This document shows, piece after piece, positions 37,422 to 47,566 of a stretch of DNA of 64,000 nucleotides. The notes under the pieces were generated by a model that was not told where the DNA came from, made no database searches, and saw only the letters and a list, made by a program, of their open reading frames with translations. The stretch comes from Candidatus Zixiibacteriota bacterium. GTDB lineage: Bacteria > Zixibacteria > MSB-5A5 > GN15 > FEB-12. The stretch spans positions 43,979 to 107,978 of the forward strand of contig JACZXB010000002.1 of NCBI GenBank assembly GCA_022571845.1. Reading direction: 5' to 3'. Position 1 is the first letter of the stretch. Each line of letters starts with the position of its first letter. The position numbers were made by a program, and so were the translations under genes.

Positions 37422-38711
37422 ATGGAAAACCAAGTAAACACCAATGAGCCGGCTTCAGTAACAGACTTTGAACTGAAAGTCTCCGAAGATAAGCTGGAAG
37501 TTGTCCTTTTAATCGATGCCTTAACAGCTTCAGCTGATGACACCGCCGATAAAATCCTCGAAAAACTGACCGAGATGGGTATCGACAATCTACCTGAACT
37601 AGAATTAATTCAATCCAGACTTGAAGAAACAAAATACGACGAAGATCAAATGCAGGAAATTGTAATAGTCAGAGGCAAGTTGTCTGTGATGTCTGTCGAT
37701 GGCCGCTTGGTATGGTCAAAAGACTATTTTGCCGAAGGCTACAAGATTGACATAACGACAAATATAATAGATTTTCGACAAAAGGTTGCCAGCCCGGTTG
37801 TGCTGGAAGATGACCTGATTATAAAAATCATACCCCCAACTCCCGGACAGGATGGGCTTGATGTATTTGGCCAGCTGATCAAAGTGAATCCGCCGGTTAA
37901 AGCAGAGATAAAAGTTGGTTCCAATCTCCGCTGGGATGAAGAAGTAAGCGGCTACCTCGCCGCCGTATCCGGCCGTCTGAGGATGAAAGGGGCTAGCCTT
38001 GACATTCAGGAAATTTTCGTTATTGACGGGGATGTTGGCTGCAAGACCGGCAATATCAACCACGAAGGTGATATTATTATCCGCGGTGATATAGATTCGG
38101 AGTATAGCGTCGAGGCCACCAAGACTATACTTGTAACCGGAGTAATCGGGGCTTGCAATGTCACCAGCGGAGGTGATTTAATAGTCAACGGCGGAATTAG
38201 CGGCCGTGAAGACAAAATGATAAGTGCCAAAGGCGGAATCAAGGCCAAATACATTATGAACGCTGTTCTTGAAGCTGGCGGTGATGTAGCCTCTGAAGTT
38301 GAAATTGTAAAGTCCAAGATTCAGGCAGGCGGCGAAGTCTATTGTAGAGGCAGAATCGTCGGCGGTGAAATAATCGCAGGTACAAAAATCACCACTGATA
38401 TCGCCGGAAATGACAAAAATGTTACCACTCTACTGGAGATAAGAAAATCAGAGATATCAGATAACTCAGAGACAGAAGAGTCAGCAGATTTATCGACGCA
38501 AAAGATTCAGGTAGAGCCCGAGCAGACTGACAGAATACGTATCGAAGAACAGGTTTTTGTTGGCATCAAATTCACGGTATTAGGACAGTGCCACGAGGTG
38601 AAAACGCGGATGAAAGGTCCTATTGTGGTTTTGATTGATGACAAGGCCAAACAGTTAGTTCTTTCCCACTATGACGATCAAGAAGAACCGGACAGCCAAG
38701 ACTCCGACTAA
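37422..38711 (+). CDS. FapA-family (DUF342) protein
   Basis: 429 aa. N-terminal LKVSEDKLEVVLLID-type domain. Central beta-helix repeats (GDIIIRGDIDSEYSVEATKTILVTGVIGACNVTSGGDLIVNGGISG...). Acidic C-terminus. The family assignment is from memory. Confidence 0.6.
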   Translation: MENQVNTNEPASVTDFELKVSEDKLEVVLLIDALTASADDTADKILEKLTEMGIDNLPELELIQSRLEETKYDEDQMQEIVIVRGKLSVMSVDGRLVWSKDYFAEGYKIDITTNIIDFRQKVASPVVLEDDLIIKIIPPTPGQDGLDVFGQLIKVNPPVKAEIKVGSNLRWDEEVSGYLAAVSGRLRMKGASLDIQEIFVIDGDVGCKTGNINHEGDIIIRGDIDSEYSVEATKTILVTGVIGACNVTSGGDLIVNGGISGREDKMISAKGGIKAKYIMNAVLEAGGDVASEVEIVKSKIQAGGEVYCRGRIVGGEIIAGTKITTDIAGNDKNVTTLLEIRKSEISDNSETEESADLSTQKIQVEPEQTDRIRIEEQVFVGIKFTVLGQCHEVKTRMKGPIVVLIDDKAKQLVLSHYDDQEEPDSQDSD

Positions 38712-38751
38712 TTCAATTCTTTAATTAGATAATTCCAGCAAATAAAACAGA

Positions 38752-38778
38752 TCGGGGTGAGAGGATTCGAACTTCCGA
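38752..38778 (-). repeat. 27-nt duplicate of the tRNA-Pro 3' end (att-like direct repeat)
   Basis: tcggggtgagaggattcgaacTtccga here versus tcggggtgagaggattcgaacCtccga at 40445..40471, a 26/27 match in the same orientation. Flanking sequence does not fold as a tRNA. Confidence 0.8.
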
Positions 38779-38813
38779 AATTGAGAAAGAAAGTCCAGTT
38801 TCACTAAATCCAC

Positions 38814-40337
38814 CTATGGAATATCGGATCGCCTGACATAAAAGACAGCTCCATTTTCGAGCCCGGAAACGTCCGCTACTCTCGGAGTATATCGTTCGTG
38901 GAATTCCTGCAATTCCCAGAGTTCGTGATCACTTCGAAAAGACGGATACAAACTTCCGACACTCGAAAAGAACTGGATTAGATCTGGCTTACGCGAGAGG
39001 ACATATTTTCCGTCGCCTTTCTCGTGGCCCGGCGCGCCTGAGCCCATGTCGGTAATTTTTTTGTGGGCAATGTGTAGGTCATTGAGTCCCAGCATATCGA
39101 TGGTCGGCAATCCGGAATAGTAGGGCACAGCGCCGGCAGCATTGGTCGCGAGCAGCGTACCTGGCGAGACATTCTCTTTCAGCCATAGTCCCACTTTTTT
39201 GCCATCAGAAGCGACATGATCAATTTGAATGTGATATGTTATTGAAGAATGATCCAATGTTTGATAAATGTTATATGCGCCAGTTAAGGTTAAGAGGAGA
39301 AACAAATAAATCTTTCTGCGAGCGAGCGTGGGGACACAAGTTGCCGCTATCAAAGCCAGAATTGGAATGATCGGAACAAAAAATCTGAAGGCGGGCATGA
39401 TGTCTCCACCTACCAGGATAACAAATATTGCATGGACAAGCGCGAATATAGGTAGAATATATTTGCCCTTAAGCTTGAGCGCTGGCCAGACGCGAATAAG
39501 AGCATAGACACTTAGTATCAAGAGTATCAATATTGGTAATATTACACTCTGCGAATAATTGAGTCCTCGGATAATCTGCTCACCGGTAAATCCGACTTTG
39601 GCATAAAATGTATTTGGAAAAAAGTAACCGTAGTAAAAATAGCGCCATAAGAAATAAGGCAGATACAAAGCCGCCGCAGGCAGAGCCATAAAGAGAATAC
39701 TCTTTTTCCGTTCTTTCCAGCTGCGAATTCCACAGTCAATCATCAGGAGAATTACTAACAACGCTCCCTCGGGTCGAGTCATTACCGTGAGTGCCAGAAA
39801 TACGCCGACAATCATGAAAAGTGAGGGTCGTTCGTCGCCATTGATAGCATTTACGTACAAAACCAGCGTCGCCAGAGTCAGCAGGGTGCTCAATGTCACT
39901 TCCATGCCGCTTCCGAGCCAGGGCATGAAGACACCGCAGGTTCCCAGAAACAGCGCCGCAACTGCGCCTGACTCCCGGTTAAAAGCTGGAAAATAGCGAT
40001 GAACGTTCATCAGAACACCGATAGTCGCTACTCCGAATAACGCGCCCAGGATTTTGGATATAAGCACGGTTTCAAGTCCGGCCATCCGCCCCAGGCCGAG
40101 CAGCAACACCCACAAGAAAGAGGTGTATCCCTCCACTCTCTCTCCGATATTATAGACGAATCCATGCCCGGCGGCGAAGTTATCAACATAGCGAAAGGCG
40201 ATAAAGGCGTCGTCGAGCATCCATGGATAAATGTGATAATTATACCAGGCGGTCGCGCCCAAAGCCGCTATACCGCAACTCCAGATTAGTGCCGAACGCC
40301 CCCTGTTTTCTGACAAAAGCATAACAATTAGCCACAC
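38814..40337 (-). CDS. GT-C-fold-like polytopic membrane glycosyltransferase (ArnT/PMT-like family; assignment tentative)
   Basis: 507 aa with more than 10 hydrophobic helices. N-terminal loop [35 protein letters not shown] contains the acidic DD motif typical of GT-C enzymes. Soluble C-terminal ~130 aa domain. Confidence 0.55.
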   Translation of the reverse strand: MWLIVMLLSENRGRSALIWSCGIAALGATAWYNYHIYPWMLDDAFIAFRYVDNFAAGHGFVYNIGERVEGYTSFLWVLLLGLGRMAGLETVLISKILGALFGVATIGVLMNVHRYFPAFNRESGAVAALFLGTCGVFMPWLGSGMEVTLSTLLTLATLVLYVNAINGDERPSLFMIVGVFLALTVMTRPEGALLVILLMIDCGIRSWKERKKSILFMALPAAALYLPYFLWRYFYYGYFFPNTFYAKVGFTGEQIIRGLNYSQSVILPILILLILSVYALIRVWPALKLKGKYILPIFALVHAIFVILVGGDIMPAFRFFVPIIPILALIAATCVPTLARRKIYLFLLLTLTGAYNIYQTLDHSSITYHIQIDHVASDGKKVGLWLKENVSPGTLLATNAAGAVPYYSGLPTIDMLGLNDLHIAHKKITDMGSGAPGHEKGDGKYVLSRKPDLIQFFSSVGSLYPSFRSDHELWELQEFHERYTPRVADVSGLENGAVFYVRRSDIP

Positions 40338-40444
40338 CCTGGAGCGACAGTCCTCTCGCGCAACGGAGAAAAAAAAGAGCCGGAAAGTTGAAAGCTCGGG
40401 TTATTTCAATTCTCCAATTAGAATTTCCAATAAATAAGATTAAG

Positions 40445-40518
40445 TCGGGGTGAGAGGATTCGAACCTCCGACATCTTGCTCCCAAAGCAAGCGCGCTACC
40501 GGACTGCGCCACACCCCG
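40445..40518 (-). tRNA. tRNA-Pro (anticodon TGG)
   Basis: Reverse complement CGGGGTGTGGCGCAGTCCGGTAGCGCGCTTGCTTTGGGAGCAAGATGTCGGAGGTTCGAATCCTCTCACCCCGA. It folds as a cloverleaf with anticodon loop TTTGGGA. Confidence 0.9.
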
Positions 40519-40636
40519 AATTCAGGCAGACATAATATCTCTTTCGGTCTAAACAGTCAATAAAGTAGTTTGCAATTGCGGAACTGTCGGACAGGAATGT
40601 CCGATAGCACAGCATAAAGTAGTTTTTGTGTGCTAT

Positions 40637-40684
40637 CCTTCGACTCCCTCGACTAATCGGGACTTTGTCTGCTTAGGGCGATGA
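40637..40684. repeat. Dispersed intergenic repeat, copy 3 (half element, core only)
   Basis: ccttcgactccctcgactaatcGGGACTTTGTCtGCTtAGggcgatga. No matching distal arm was found. Confidence 0.5.
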
Positions 40685-40746
40685 TTTTGGATGACACTTG
40701 CTATTCTTGCTTGCCAAATCCACGATAATTGATAAATTCAAGGGCG

Positions 40747-41832
40747 ATGTCAAAGCTTAATCTAATAGGCCTTCCCAAATCAGAGCTCGAAACCCGGCTG
40801 CAAGATTTAGGGGAGAAGCGGTTTCATGGCCGGCAGCTGTTCAAATGGCTCTACAGCGTCAGACAGTACGATTTCGAGCTGATGACAGACCTTTCCAAAG
40901 AGCTAAGAGATAAACTCTCAGATAGTTTTGAAATAAGCGGCCTCAAGGCTGAGGATCACAAAATATCTGTAGACGGCACCGAAAAGTTTCTTTTCAGACT
41001 CGATGATGACAAGCCTATCGAAACTGTAGTTATCCCCAGCGAGGAAGAAGACCGGCGCCCTTCGGCAGGCTCAGGACGAAATACCGCCTGTATATCGTCT
41101 CAGTCAGGCTGCGCAGTCGGTTGTTTCTTTTGTGCTACCGGGACTATGGGGCTCTTGCGCGATTTGACAGCCGGAGAAATTGTCGGACAGCTTATGTTTC
41201 TGCGCGACAAGTATGGCCCCTCGGCTTTTTCCAATGTCGTCATGATGGGCATGGGCGAGCCGCTTCTGAATTTTGAGAACGTAATTAATGCTATCAGAAT
41301 TATGACAGACGAGATCGGCTTAAACATCAGCCCCAAAAAAATTGTACTTTCTACATCCGGCATAACTCCAAAAATAAAAAAACTGGCCGAAGAAAAAGTC
41401 GGCGTTCGTCTGGCTCTTTCTTTGCATGCCGCAACTCAAGAGAAACGCCAGGTCATAATGCCTATCGCCAAAACGTTCAAGCTTGATAATCTTATGAAAG
41501 CCGTCCGGCAGTACGCAGACAGCTCGAAACTTCCGGTTACATTCGAGTACATTTTGTTCGATGGTTTCAATGACACTAGGCAGGATATCGAAGATTTGAG
41601 TCGTCTGGTTAGAGGGCTGCGGTGTAAAATAAACGTGATAGCCTACAACCGGGTGCCGGGTCTTGATTTCAAGCGTCCGTCTGATGACAAAATCAACTGG
41701 TTCGGCAGAGAATTAAATCAAAAAGTCAAGGCAGTAACTGTCCGCCAGAGCAGAGGCAGGGATATCGAAGCTGCCTGCGGTCAGTTAGCTGCCAGGAAAT
41801 TTGAAAAGGACAGAGTAAGTGCGCAGATTTAG
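40747..41832 (+). CDS. rlmN: 23S rRNA/tRNA (adenine-C2)-methyltransferase RlmN (radical SAM)
   Basis: Radical-SAM cluster motif SGCAVGCFFCATG, NVVMMGMGEPLLN, and C-terminal DIEAACGQL with the conserved Cys. The ATG at 40747 is preferred over the TTG at 40729. Confidence 0.9.
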   Translation: MSKLNLIGLPKSELETRLQDLGEKRFHGRQLFKWLYSVRQYDFELMTDLSKELRDKLSDSFEISGLKAEDHKISVDGTEKFLFRLDDDKPIETVVIPSEEEDRRPSAGSGRNTACISSQSGCAVGCFFCATGTMGLLRDLTAGEIVGQLMFLRDKYGPSAFSNVVMMGMGEPLLNFENVINAIRIMTDEIGLNISPKKIVLSTSGITPKIKKLAEEKVGVRLALSLHAATQEKRQVIMPIAKTFKLDNLMKAVRQYADSSKLPVTFEYILFDGFNDTRQDIEDLSRLVRGLRCKINVIAYNRVPGLDFKRPSDDKINWFGRELNQKVKAVTVRQSRGRDIEAACGQLAARKFEKDRVSAQI

Positions 41833-43234
41833 ATTAATTATACTGTTACTGTTGCTCGTTTTCGCAGATGCAAGCTCCGGATTTGCTCAAGAGTCGGAAG
41901 TCCTAAAATATGATGTCTCTGAATATGACCTGGAGAGTCTTGGCTGGGGCAGGCATTACGTCCCGCTGGAAATAATAAATACTGAAGAATACATTCAGTT
42001 TGTAACAGTTGTTACCAATGTTTCTTGCAAAGGCAAAAGGTATTCACCGGAAAGAAAACTGGTTGGTAATTATCCGCTATACGGACATGATACTGTTTCA
42101 ATGCAGGCGCTTTTCTGGGTACCCGGCAATTATGGTGAATTTAATTATAAGCTTTTGCTCTATCATGTAATAGATACTCTGGATGAACTTCTTGACTATC
42201 AGATTTTCTTTCGTGACTCCGGCTTTTACTCTATTAAGCCTCCAGCTGGTATAAAGCCGTATCTACAGAAAAACGTTACATTGCCGCCCATGGTCGGCAG
42301 GCATATGGACCTAGACTATGATTTTGCCAGAGTAATGCCATTTTTGGTTTCAGAAAACAAAAGCGCCGGAGAAATTGCTGAGATGGCCGGTTGTGACAGC
42401 TCTTTTGTAATTGATCATCTTGAGTATATGTCTACCAGAGGCTATTATCAGAAAGAGGGTACTAGATTCAGTTCTGCGATCCCGACAATTGGCGAATCTG
42501 AAGCGGCAGAAAGCAAAAAGCTGGCGATGGAAATCGCTGACAAGATCACCGGTAAATTATCTATTAACATAGACTCTTATTGGAAAGTGCTGGATACACT
42601 GGTAGCGGCGGGGAAAATCGTTAATGACAGCAACGCCTTTATGGATGGAGGTTCGGTCTTGTATCGTCCTTATCCGGTGGTAACCGCCTTATCTCTCTGG
42701 TTTGATATGGGCAGAAGCTTCATTACCGGAACTGCTCCCTTTAATCTTTTTAGCGGCACAGACTTCTGCAATGCCCAAATTCCATACTATATGTATTTGA
42801 TAGAAGGAAACGAAATAGTCGGCGGTAATTGTTTCTACGCCATGATCACCAGCGGCAACAGTTATCAAATTATCTATGGCGACACTATACCTCAAATAAC
42901 TTGTCCCCTTGGTTTTATGTTCGCACCTATGGCAGGAGTAGAAGTGCAATGGGAATATGAGAAAGAGTATTTTCCTGAGTCATTTATGGTAGATTCTGCA
43001 ACGGTCCGCCCCATGCTTGTCCATTTGAGAACAGGTATTGACCCAATTATGGCAGAGGCCTTTAACAAATTGACAAAGATAAGCCAATCTTACAATAAAG
43101 CTTTCTTGCTGTTTGGCCATCGCTGGTGGTTTTGGAATCTGGTAGCGACCAGGGTAATAGAAAACCTAACTGAAAGCGGCAAGCTGACGCGCCGGGGCAA
43201 CGGACAGTATAGATTTGATGGATTTGATTTTTAG
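41819..43234 (+). CDS. Hypothetical secreted protein
   Basis: 471 aa. GTG start overlaps the rlmN end by 14 nt. Signal peptide LIILLLLLVFADASSGFAQE. Confidence 0.6.
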   Translation: MRRFRLIILLLLLVFADASSGFAQESEVLKYDVSEYDLESLGWGRHYVPLEIINTEEYIQFVTVVTNVSCKGKRYSPERKLVGNYPLYGHDTVSMQALFWVPGNYGEFNYKLLLYHVIDTLDELLDYQIFFRDSGFYSIKPPAGIKPYLQKNVTLPPMVGRHMDLDYDFARVMPFLVSENKSAGEIAEMAGCDSSFVIDHLEYMSTRGYYQKEGTRFSSAIPTIGESEAAESKKLAMEIADKITGKLSINIDSYWKVLDTLVAAGKIVNDSNAFMDGGSVLYRPYPVVTALSLWFDMGRSFITGTAPFNLFSGTDFCNAQIPYYMYLIEGNEIVGGNCFYAMITSGNSYQIIYGDTIPQITCPLGFMFAPMAGVEVQWEYEKEYFPESFMVDSATVRPMLVHLRTGIDPIMAEAFNKLTKISQSYNKAFLLFGHRWWFWNLVATRVIENLTESGKLTRRGNGQYRFDGFDF

Positions 43235-43675
43235 ATGAGAAAAACCTGCGCTAAATACCAAATATTCGTGACTGCGGTAATGTTAGCATGTTTACTTGGC
43301 TGCGCCGAACAAAGCACACCATCAAGAGATCACATACCGCTTATCAAAGAAAAACTGTCTTATTTGCAAAATGGCGTGCTGACTAGGAACCAAGCTGTAA
43401 TAGATTCGGTCTTGTCTGTGAAAATTCTTGATATTGGACAGAGTTCAGATTCCCTTTTGAAATTTATTTATGGTGCGGACAACAGTTTTGAATTCGAATT
43501 ATTTGGTGAACCGGTGATAATTTATACTGACAAATTTGCCATGATTGAGTGTTATCTGATGGACAGCACTAGAGTTAAAAATCGTCCCCTGACTCTTCTG
43601 TTTTCATACGACAATGAAATCTGGCTACTAAGCAGATTTGAAAAGCGGGGCGCCGGAGAATCAAGGGCAGATTAA
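43235..43675 (+). CDS. Hypothetical lipoprotein
   Basis: 146 aa. The ATG directly follows the upstream TAG. Lipobox MLACLLGCAEQ. Confidence 0.6.
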   Translation: MRKTCAKYQIFVTAVMLACLLGCAEQSTPSRDHIPLIKEKLSYLQNGVLTRNQAVIDSVLSVKILDIGQSSDSLLKFIYGADNSFEFELFGEPVIIYTDKFAMIECYLMDSTRVKNRPLTLLFSYDNEIWLLSRFEKRGAGESRAD

Positions 43676-43790
43676 CGCCTGACAATTTCTTTAATAGGAG
43701 ACCGCCGGTTTTTGCACCATATCTTGATCAGCCAAGAGATCAATATCATATTGGTCTCGGAATCAATATGTATCAAAAAGAGAGGTAACC

Positions 43791-44507
43791 ATGAAGAATA
43801 GCCTATTCTATTCTTTTCTCTTTATTGTATCTTTGTCATTCATTTTGCTTAGTGGCTGTCGGACCAAGATTCTTGAAATCGAGAACGATGCATATCAAGT
43901 TCAAGGATATTTGAGTTTAGGACCGATAACAACATCTGATGCTGTTAGCCTTAACCTAAAAAGTAAGTCAAGTCGGAGTCCGTGTAGTGGGCAAATCTTT
44001 TTTTCGGATGAAAATGATAGCTTGTACGGATATTTTTTAAATGAAGACATTTTCATACTAGAAAATGGCTTTCATTGGTTTCAAAAAATACCTAAAGACT
44101 ATCATATCTTTAACTTTCTAAAGTCAGATTGTAAGAACATCGAGTATAGTGATAGATACATTATTCTTGATCCTGACACTATAGCCTACCATGAGTTTCG
44201 AGCTTCTCCTTTGGAAATGACTCCCAAACTTGCAAGTGGAAAGGATTCATTAAGAGTTACTTTCTGTAAAACTTCTATCCGTGAAGACATGTTTCTAATT
44301 CGTACACAATCGGAAGTTAATTCTAGTTTCTTGCATAGGAGAGTGTTTGTCCCGTATGCTCAAAGTGTTTACGGTAGACTTATAGATGGCAACATCATTC
44401 AACTTGACATAGTTTGGACAGATGGTGAAGTGGCGGAGCCTATTCTAATAACTTTACCAAAAACCAAATTGGGAGGATTGAAATTTAACTTAGTACAGAG
44501 AGAATAG
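43791..44507 (+). CDS. Hypothetical lipoprotein
   Basis: 238 aa. Lipobox FILLSGCRTK. GAGG RBS upstream. Confidence 0.6.
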   Translation: MKNSLFYSFLFIVSLSFILLSGCRTKILEIENDAYQVQGYLSLGPITTSDAVSLNLKSKSSRSPCSGQIFFSDENDSLYGYFLNEDIFILENGFHWFQKIPKDYHIFNFLKSDCKNIEYSDRYIILDPDTIAYHEFRASPLEMTPKLASGKDSLRVTFCKTSIREDMFLIRTQSEVNSSFLHRRVFVPYAQSVYGRLIDGNIIQLDIVWTDGEVAEPILITLPKTKLGGLKFNLVQRE

Positions 44508-44629
44508 CTGGACCGCTAAATGATAGGAAATGCATTAAAACTGTATCAAGACAGACTTGAATTGACATTTGTATAAAAAGCGAGTGGTCATTTGAAATAG
44601 GGCGTTTTTCTTAACTATATTCAATTCTT

Positions 44630-46432
44630 TTACAGTTCAGCTTTCTTTTTTCCTTCTGTCAATAGTCTGCTATACTCTTTGGGGTTTTGCAAAAGCTCGA
44701 CCGCTTTAAGCACGCCGGCGTCTGTCTTGAGAACTATTTCTTCATAGACACCGCGCTCGCTGGCAATTGATGAAACTATTTCACGTTTGATGGCCTTCAT
44801 GATATATTTCCGGGACTTATCAAAGTCTTTTCCCTTTTCAAATTCAATAAGAGATGCCAGAGAATCAATTGCCGGCTGCAGAAAATCCCGCTGGCTGTCG
44901 TCAGCGATTGATTCTTCAAGGTCCTCCAATGATAATTGAAGTTTTGTTTTATAGCTGAACTCTTTGTTTTCTACAAAGCTTTTGAACTCTTGAACCATGG
45001 CGTCTGTAACTTCAAAATTGGGTTTTACGTCAGGATGTTCAGAGACGTAATTGATAGCATAGTCAAAAAACATAGACTGCCTGACCATATTGATTTCTAT
45101 CGGCTTGTAGGTGTCACGATCGACTGTAACGTCAGGAATTATGCCGCCGCCGCCATAAACAACCCGGCCGCCATTGGTATAAAAAATCTCTTTGTTAGAG
45201 ACTTTCATGGAATCGCTGTCTTCATCTTCGTCATCATTTGACTTGTGACCTTTTTTATTTTGTCGATCCGGTCTTTGGATAGATCGTCCGGAGGGCACAT
45301 AATACTTGGCGGTTGTAAGTTTTAGCCTCATATCCCGGTCGTTTGAAACTGGAAAAATCTGCTGAACCAGCCCTTTGCCGTAAGTGTCGCTACCAATTAT
45401 AAGACCGCGGTCCCAGTCCTGAATGGCGCCAGCAACAATTTCCGAGGCCGAAGCTGTACCTTCGTCTACCAGAACTATTATTGGTTTATCAGGGAAAATA
45501 GGTTCGCGCTTGGAATAGAAATGGCGCTCGGTATCGGCATATTTGCCCTTGGTATAGACAACTTCGCGACCTTTTTCAAGAAACAGTTCGGCAGTCTCGA
45601 TGGCCTGGTCAAGTAATCCGCCGCCGTTTGAACGAAGGTCGAATATAAGTGCTGATACATTTTGGTCGTTGAGTTCGCTGATTGCTTCCCGTAGTTCATG
45701 GCTTGTCTCTTCGGCGAATTTGGACAGTCTGACATAGCCGATATCAGTACCAGGCACGACACCTGAATAATTGACAGACTTAAGTTCAATGACCGCCCGC
45801 TCGACTTCAAACTCCATCAACTCATCTATACCTGTTCTCTTGATCGTTAAGTGAATGGACGTTCCGGCTGTGCCTCTCATCAGTTTGGAAGCCTCCGAGG
45901 TACGCATCCCCTCGGTTTCAGTATCTTCAATCTTCCAGATAATATCGCCAGCCCGGAGTCCGCGTCTGTCTGCAGGAGAGCCCTCAATAGGAGAAATGAT
46001 TACAATCCTGTCATCACGGGAGTCAATTACCATTCCCAGACCTTCGTACTTGCCCTGAGTAGATTCCATCAGTGCATCATACGAGCGCGACTCCATCAAT
46101 ACTGAAAACCTGTCTAAGTCAGAAAGCATACCCCTGATACCGGCTTTGATTATTTCTTCGGTATCAACTTCTTCCATATAGTGGTTGCGGATATTAAAAG
46201 CTACCTGGCTGAGTTTTTTGATATCTCTGAAAAATGAGTCTCTTCTGGATTTAGGCGACTTGATTTCATCGGATTCATTCTGCTCTCCGGTCAGGTCTAT
46301 CTGAATTGTATCAGCCCAAAAAACAGGGTCAGATGATGCATTAGATTGCACAGCTTCGCCCGAACCAACAACCCAAATCATTGCTATGGCAAATACCGTA
46401 ATGCCAAATAATTGTATAGAAAAGCGGACCAT
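44630..46432 (-). CDS. S41-family C-terminal processing (tail-specific) protease with PDZ domain
   Basis: PDZ GLGMVIDSRDDRIVIISPIEGSPADRRGLRAGDII. Catalytic-region motifs DLRSNGGGLL, VLVDEGTASASEIVAGA, GKGLVQ. Confidence 0.85.
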   Translation of the reverse strand: MVRFSIQLFGITVFAIAMIWVVGSGEAVQSNASSDPVFWADTIQIDLTGEQNESDEIKSPKSRRDSFFRDIKKLSQVAFNIRNHYMEEVDTEEIIKAGIRGMLSDLDRFSVLMESRSYDALMESTQGKYEGLGMVIDSRDDRIVIISPIEGSPADRRGLRAGDIIWKIEDTETEGMRTSEASKLMRGTAGTSIHLTIKRTGIDELMEFEVERAVIELKSVNYSGVVPGTDIGYVRLSKFAEETSHELREAISELNDQNVSALIFDLRSNGGGLLDQAIETAELFLEKGREVVYTKGKYADTERHFYSKREPIFPDKPIIVLVDEGTASASEIVAGAIQDWDRGLIIGSDTYGKGLVQQIFPVSNDRDMRLKLTTAKYYVPSGRSIQRPDRQNKKGHKSNDDEDEDSDSMKVSNKEIFYTNGGRVVYGGGGIIPDVTVDRDTYKPIEINMVRQSMFFDYAINYVSEHPDVKPNFEVTDAMVQEFKSFVENKEFSYKTKLQLSLEDLEESIADDSQRDFLQPAIDSLASLIEFEKGKDFDKSRKYIMKAIKREIVSSIASERGVYEEIVLKTDAGVLKAVELLQNPKEYSRLLTEGKKKAEL

Positions 46433-46759
46433 TAACGCCTCCGATGTTATTTAATGCCTCTTAGGCAGCTATTTACTTTCTTTAAGCCAACTAAACCAAG
46501 TAACTGGGCTAATCTAAACCTAACCCGAATAACTGTTTTACGCTCAATCAAGCTGTTTTGTTCCTTTTTAAGCCTCAAACGAGCATCTCCTGGCTTAACC
46601 CGATGGCTGTAACCCAAATCTTTCAAAACTAACCAAATGCAATATCTATACCACTATTAGATTGTACTCATTTATTTGATCAGTCAAGCAGATCTTTTAG
46701 GGCATAACTGTTGTAGAGTCGTATCATTAGCTGAAGATTTTTGGTGACTAAGGAGAATT

Positions 46760-47566
46760 ATGAAATTTGCCGGCTCTTTATGGTATGGATTACTGTTGAA
46801 TGTTCTGTTGCCGGGTCTGGGACATATCTATTTTCGCGATTATCTGTTTGGAATCTTTGTGCTGCTGGTCTGGATTATTGCCTCGGTTCTTTTTTATGTT
46901 TCATACTTGATAGAGCTTCCGTTTCTGGTAAAGACAGTTCTGCTTGGGCTGCCATTTGTTTTTTACCTTTTCACTTTTTTTGATCTATCGAATTTTTTTG
47001 CTAAAAATGTGAAAGTAAAACCAAAATTAAAACCCAGAGTGAAGCCAAATAGTGGAACTTACGCTGGTATAGTTTTGGCAGTTGCACTCGTTTATCAGCT
47101 GTTTTCACCAACGGCTCCAACCAATTTTTGGATTCACAACGGCCCGCGCATTTTTGAACTCGCAGACAACCGGCTCAGCCCATTGTATCAACAAGGAACT
47201 CTCATGAAATTAAGTTCACTTGAATACAGCATAAATATTGTTGGTTTCGAAATGCCACGTTTTCATCGTTTACCGGAGAGATATGATATCGTTCGCTGCC
47301 AGCTGCCGTCAGGTCGCATAACCAACGCAGTTGTTCTGGGGCTGCCGGGGGAGGGGATAGAAGTTATCGAAGGCAGAGTTATAATCGATGGCAGCCCTGA
47401 GTTCGCAGGCTGGATTGGGGGATTGACCTTTACCGGAGAAGTTTCTCCTGTGTTGGTTGGCCAGTTTTCAATCTTAGTGGCTGAGCTCAGTCTTGGAGCT
47501 ATTGACAAGGTTTACGAAATTTCTTTATCTGATGTGAAGGGTAAAGTAGAGAAACTATTTAACTGA
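46760..47566 (+). CDS. Membrane protein with degenerate signal-peptidase-I (S26)-like C-terminal domain (tentative)
   Basis: AAGGAG RBS. N-terminal LLNVLLPGLGHIYFRDYLFGIFVLLVW TM pair. C-terminal YDIVRCQ...VVLGLPGEGIEVIEGRVIIDG echoes the S26 box (GD.V...KRV.GLPGD.V...G...NG), but I cannot see the catalytic Ser/Lys. Confidence 0.5.
   Translation: MKFAGSLWYGLLLNVLLPGLGHIYFRDYLFGIFVLLVWIIASVLFYVSYLIELPFLVKTVLLGLPFVFYLFTFFDLSNFFAKNVKVKPKLKPRVKPNSGTYAGIVLAVALVYQLFSPTAPTNFWIHNGPRIFELADNRLSPLYQQGTLMKLSSLEYSINIVGFEMPRFHRLPERYDIVRCQLPSGRITNAVVLGLPGEGIEVIEGRVIIDGSPEFAGWIGGLTFTGEVSPVLVGQFSILVAELSLGAIDKVYEISLSDVKGKVEKLFN

Noticed and set aside
37422-38711. FapA/DUF342 gene as evidence of a flagellar locus
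   Set aside because: No flagellar genes flank it. DUF342 proteins occur widely outside flagellar operons, and the family call itself comes from motif memory only.
38752-38835. Possible second full tRNA at the tRNA-Pro-like fragment
   Set aside because: Only the T-arm and acceptor 3' half is present. Upstream sequence provides no acceptor 5' strand, D-arm or anticodon stem, and the T-stem carries a disruptive mismatch.
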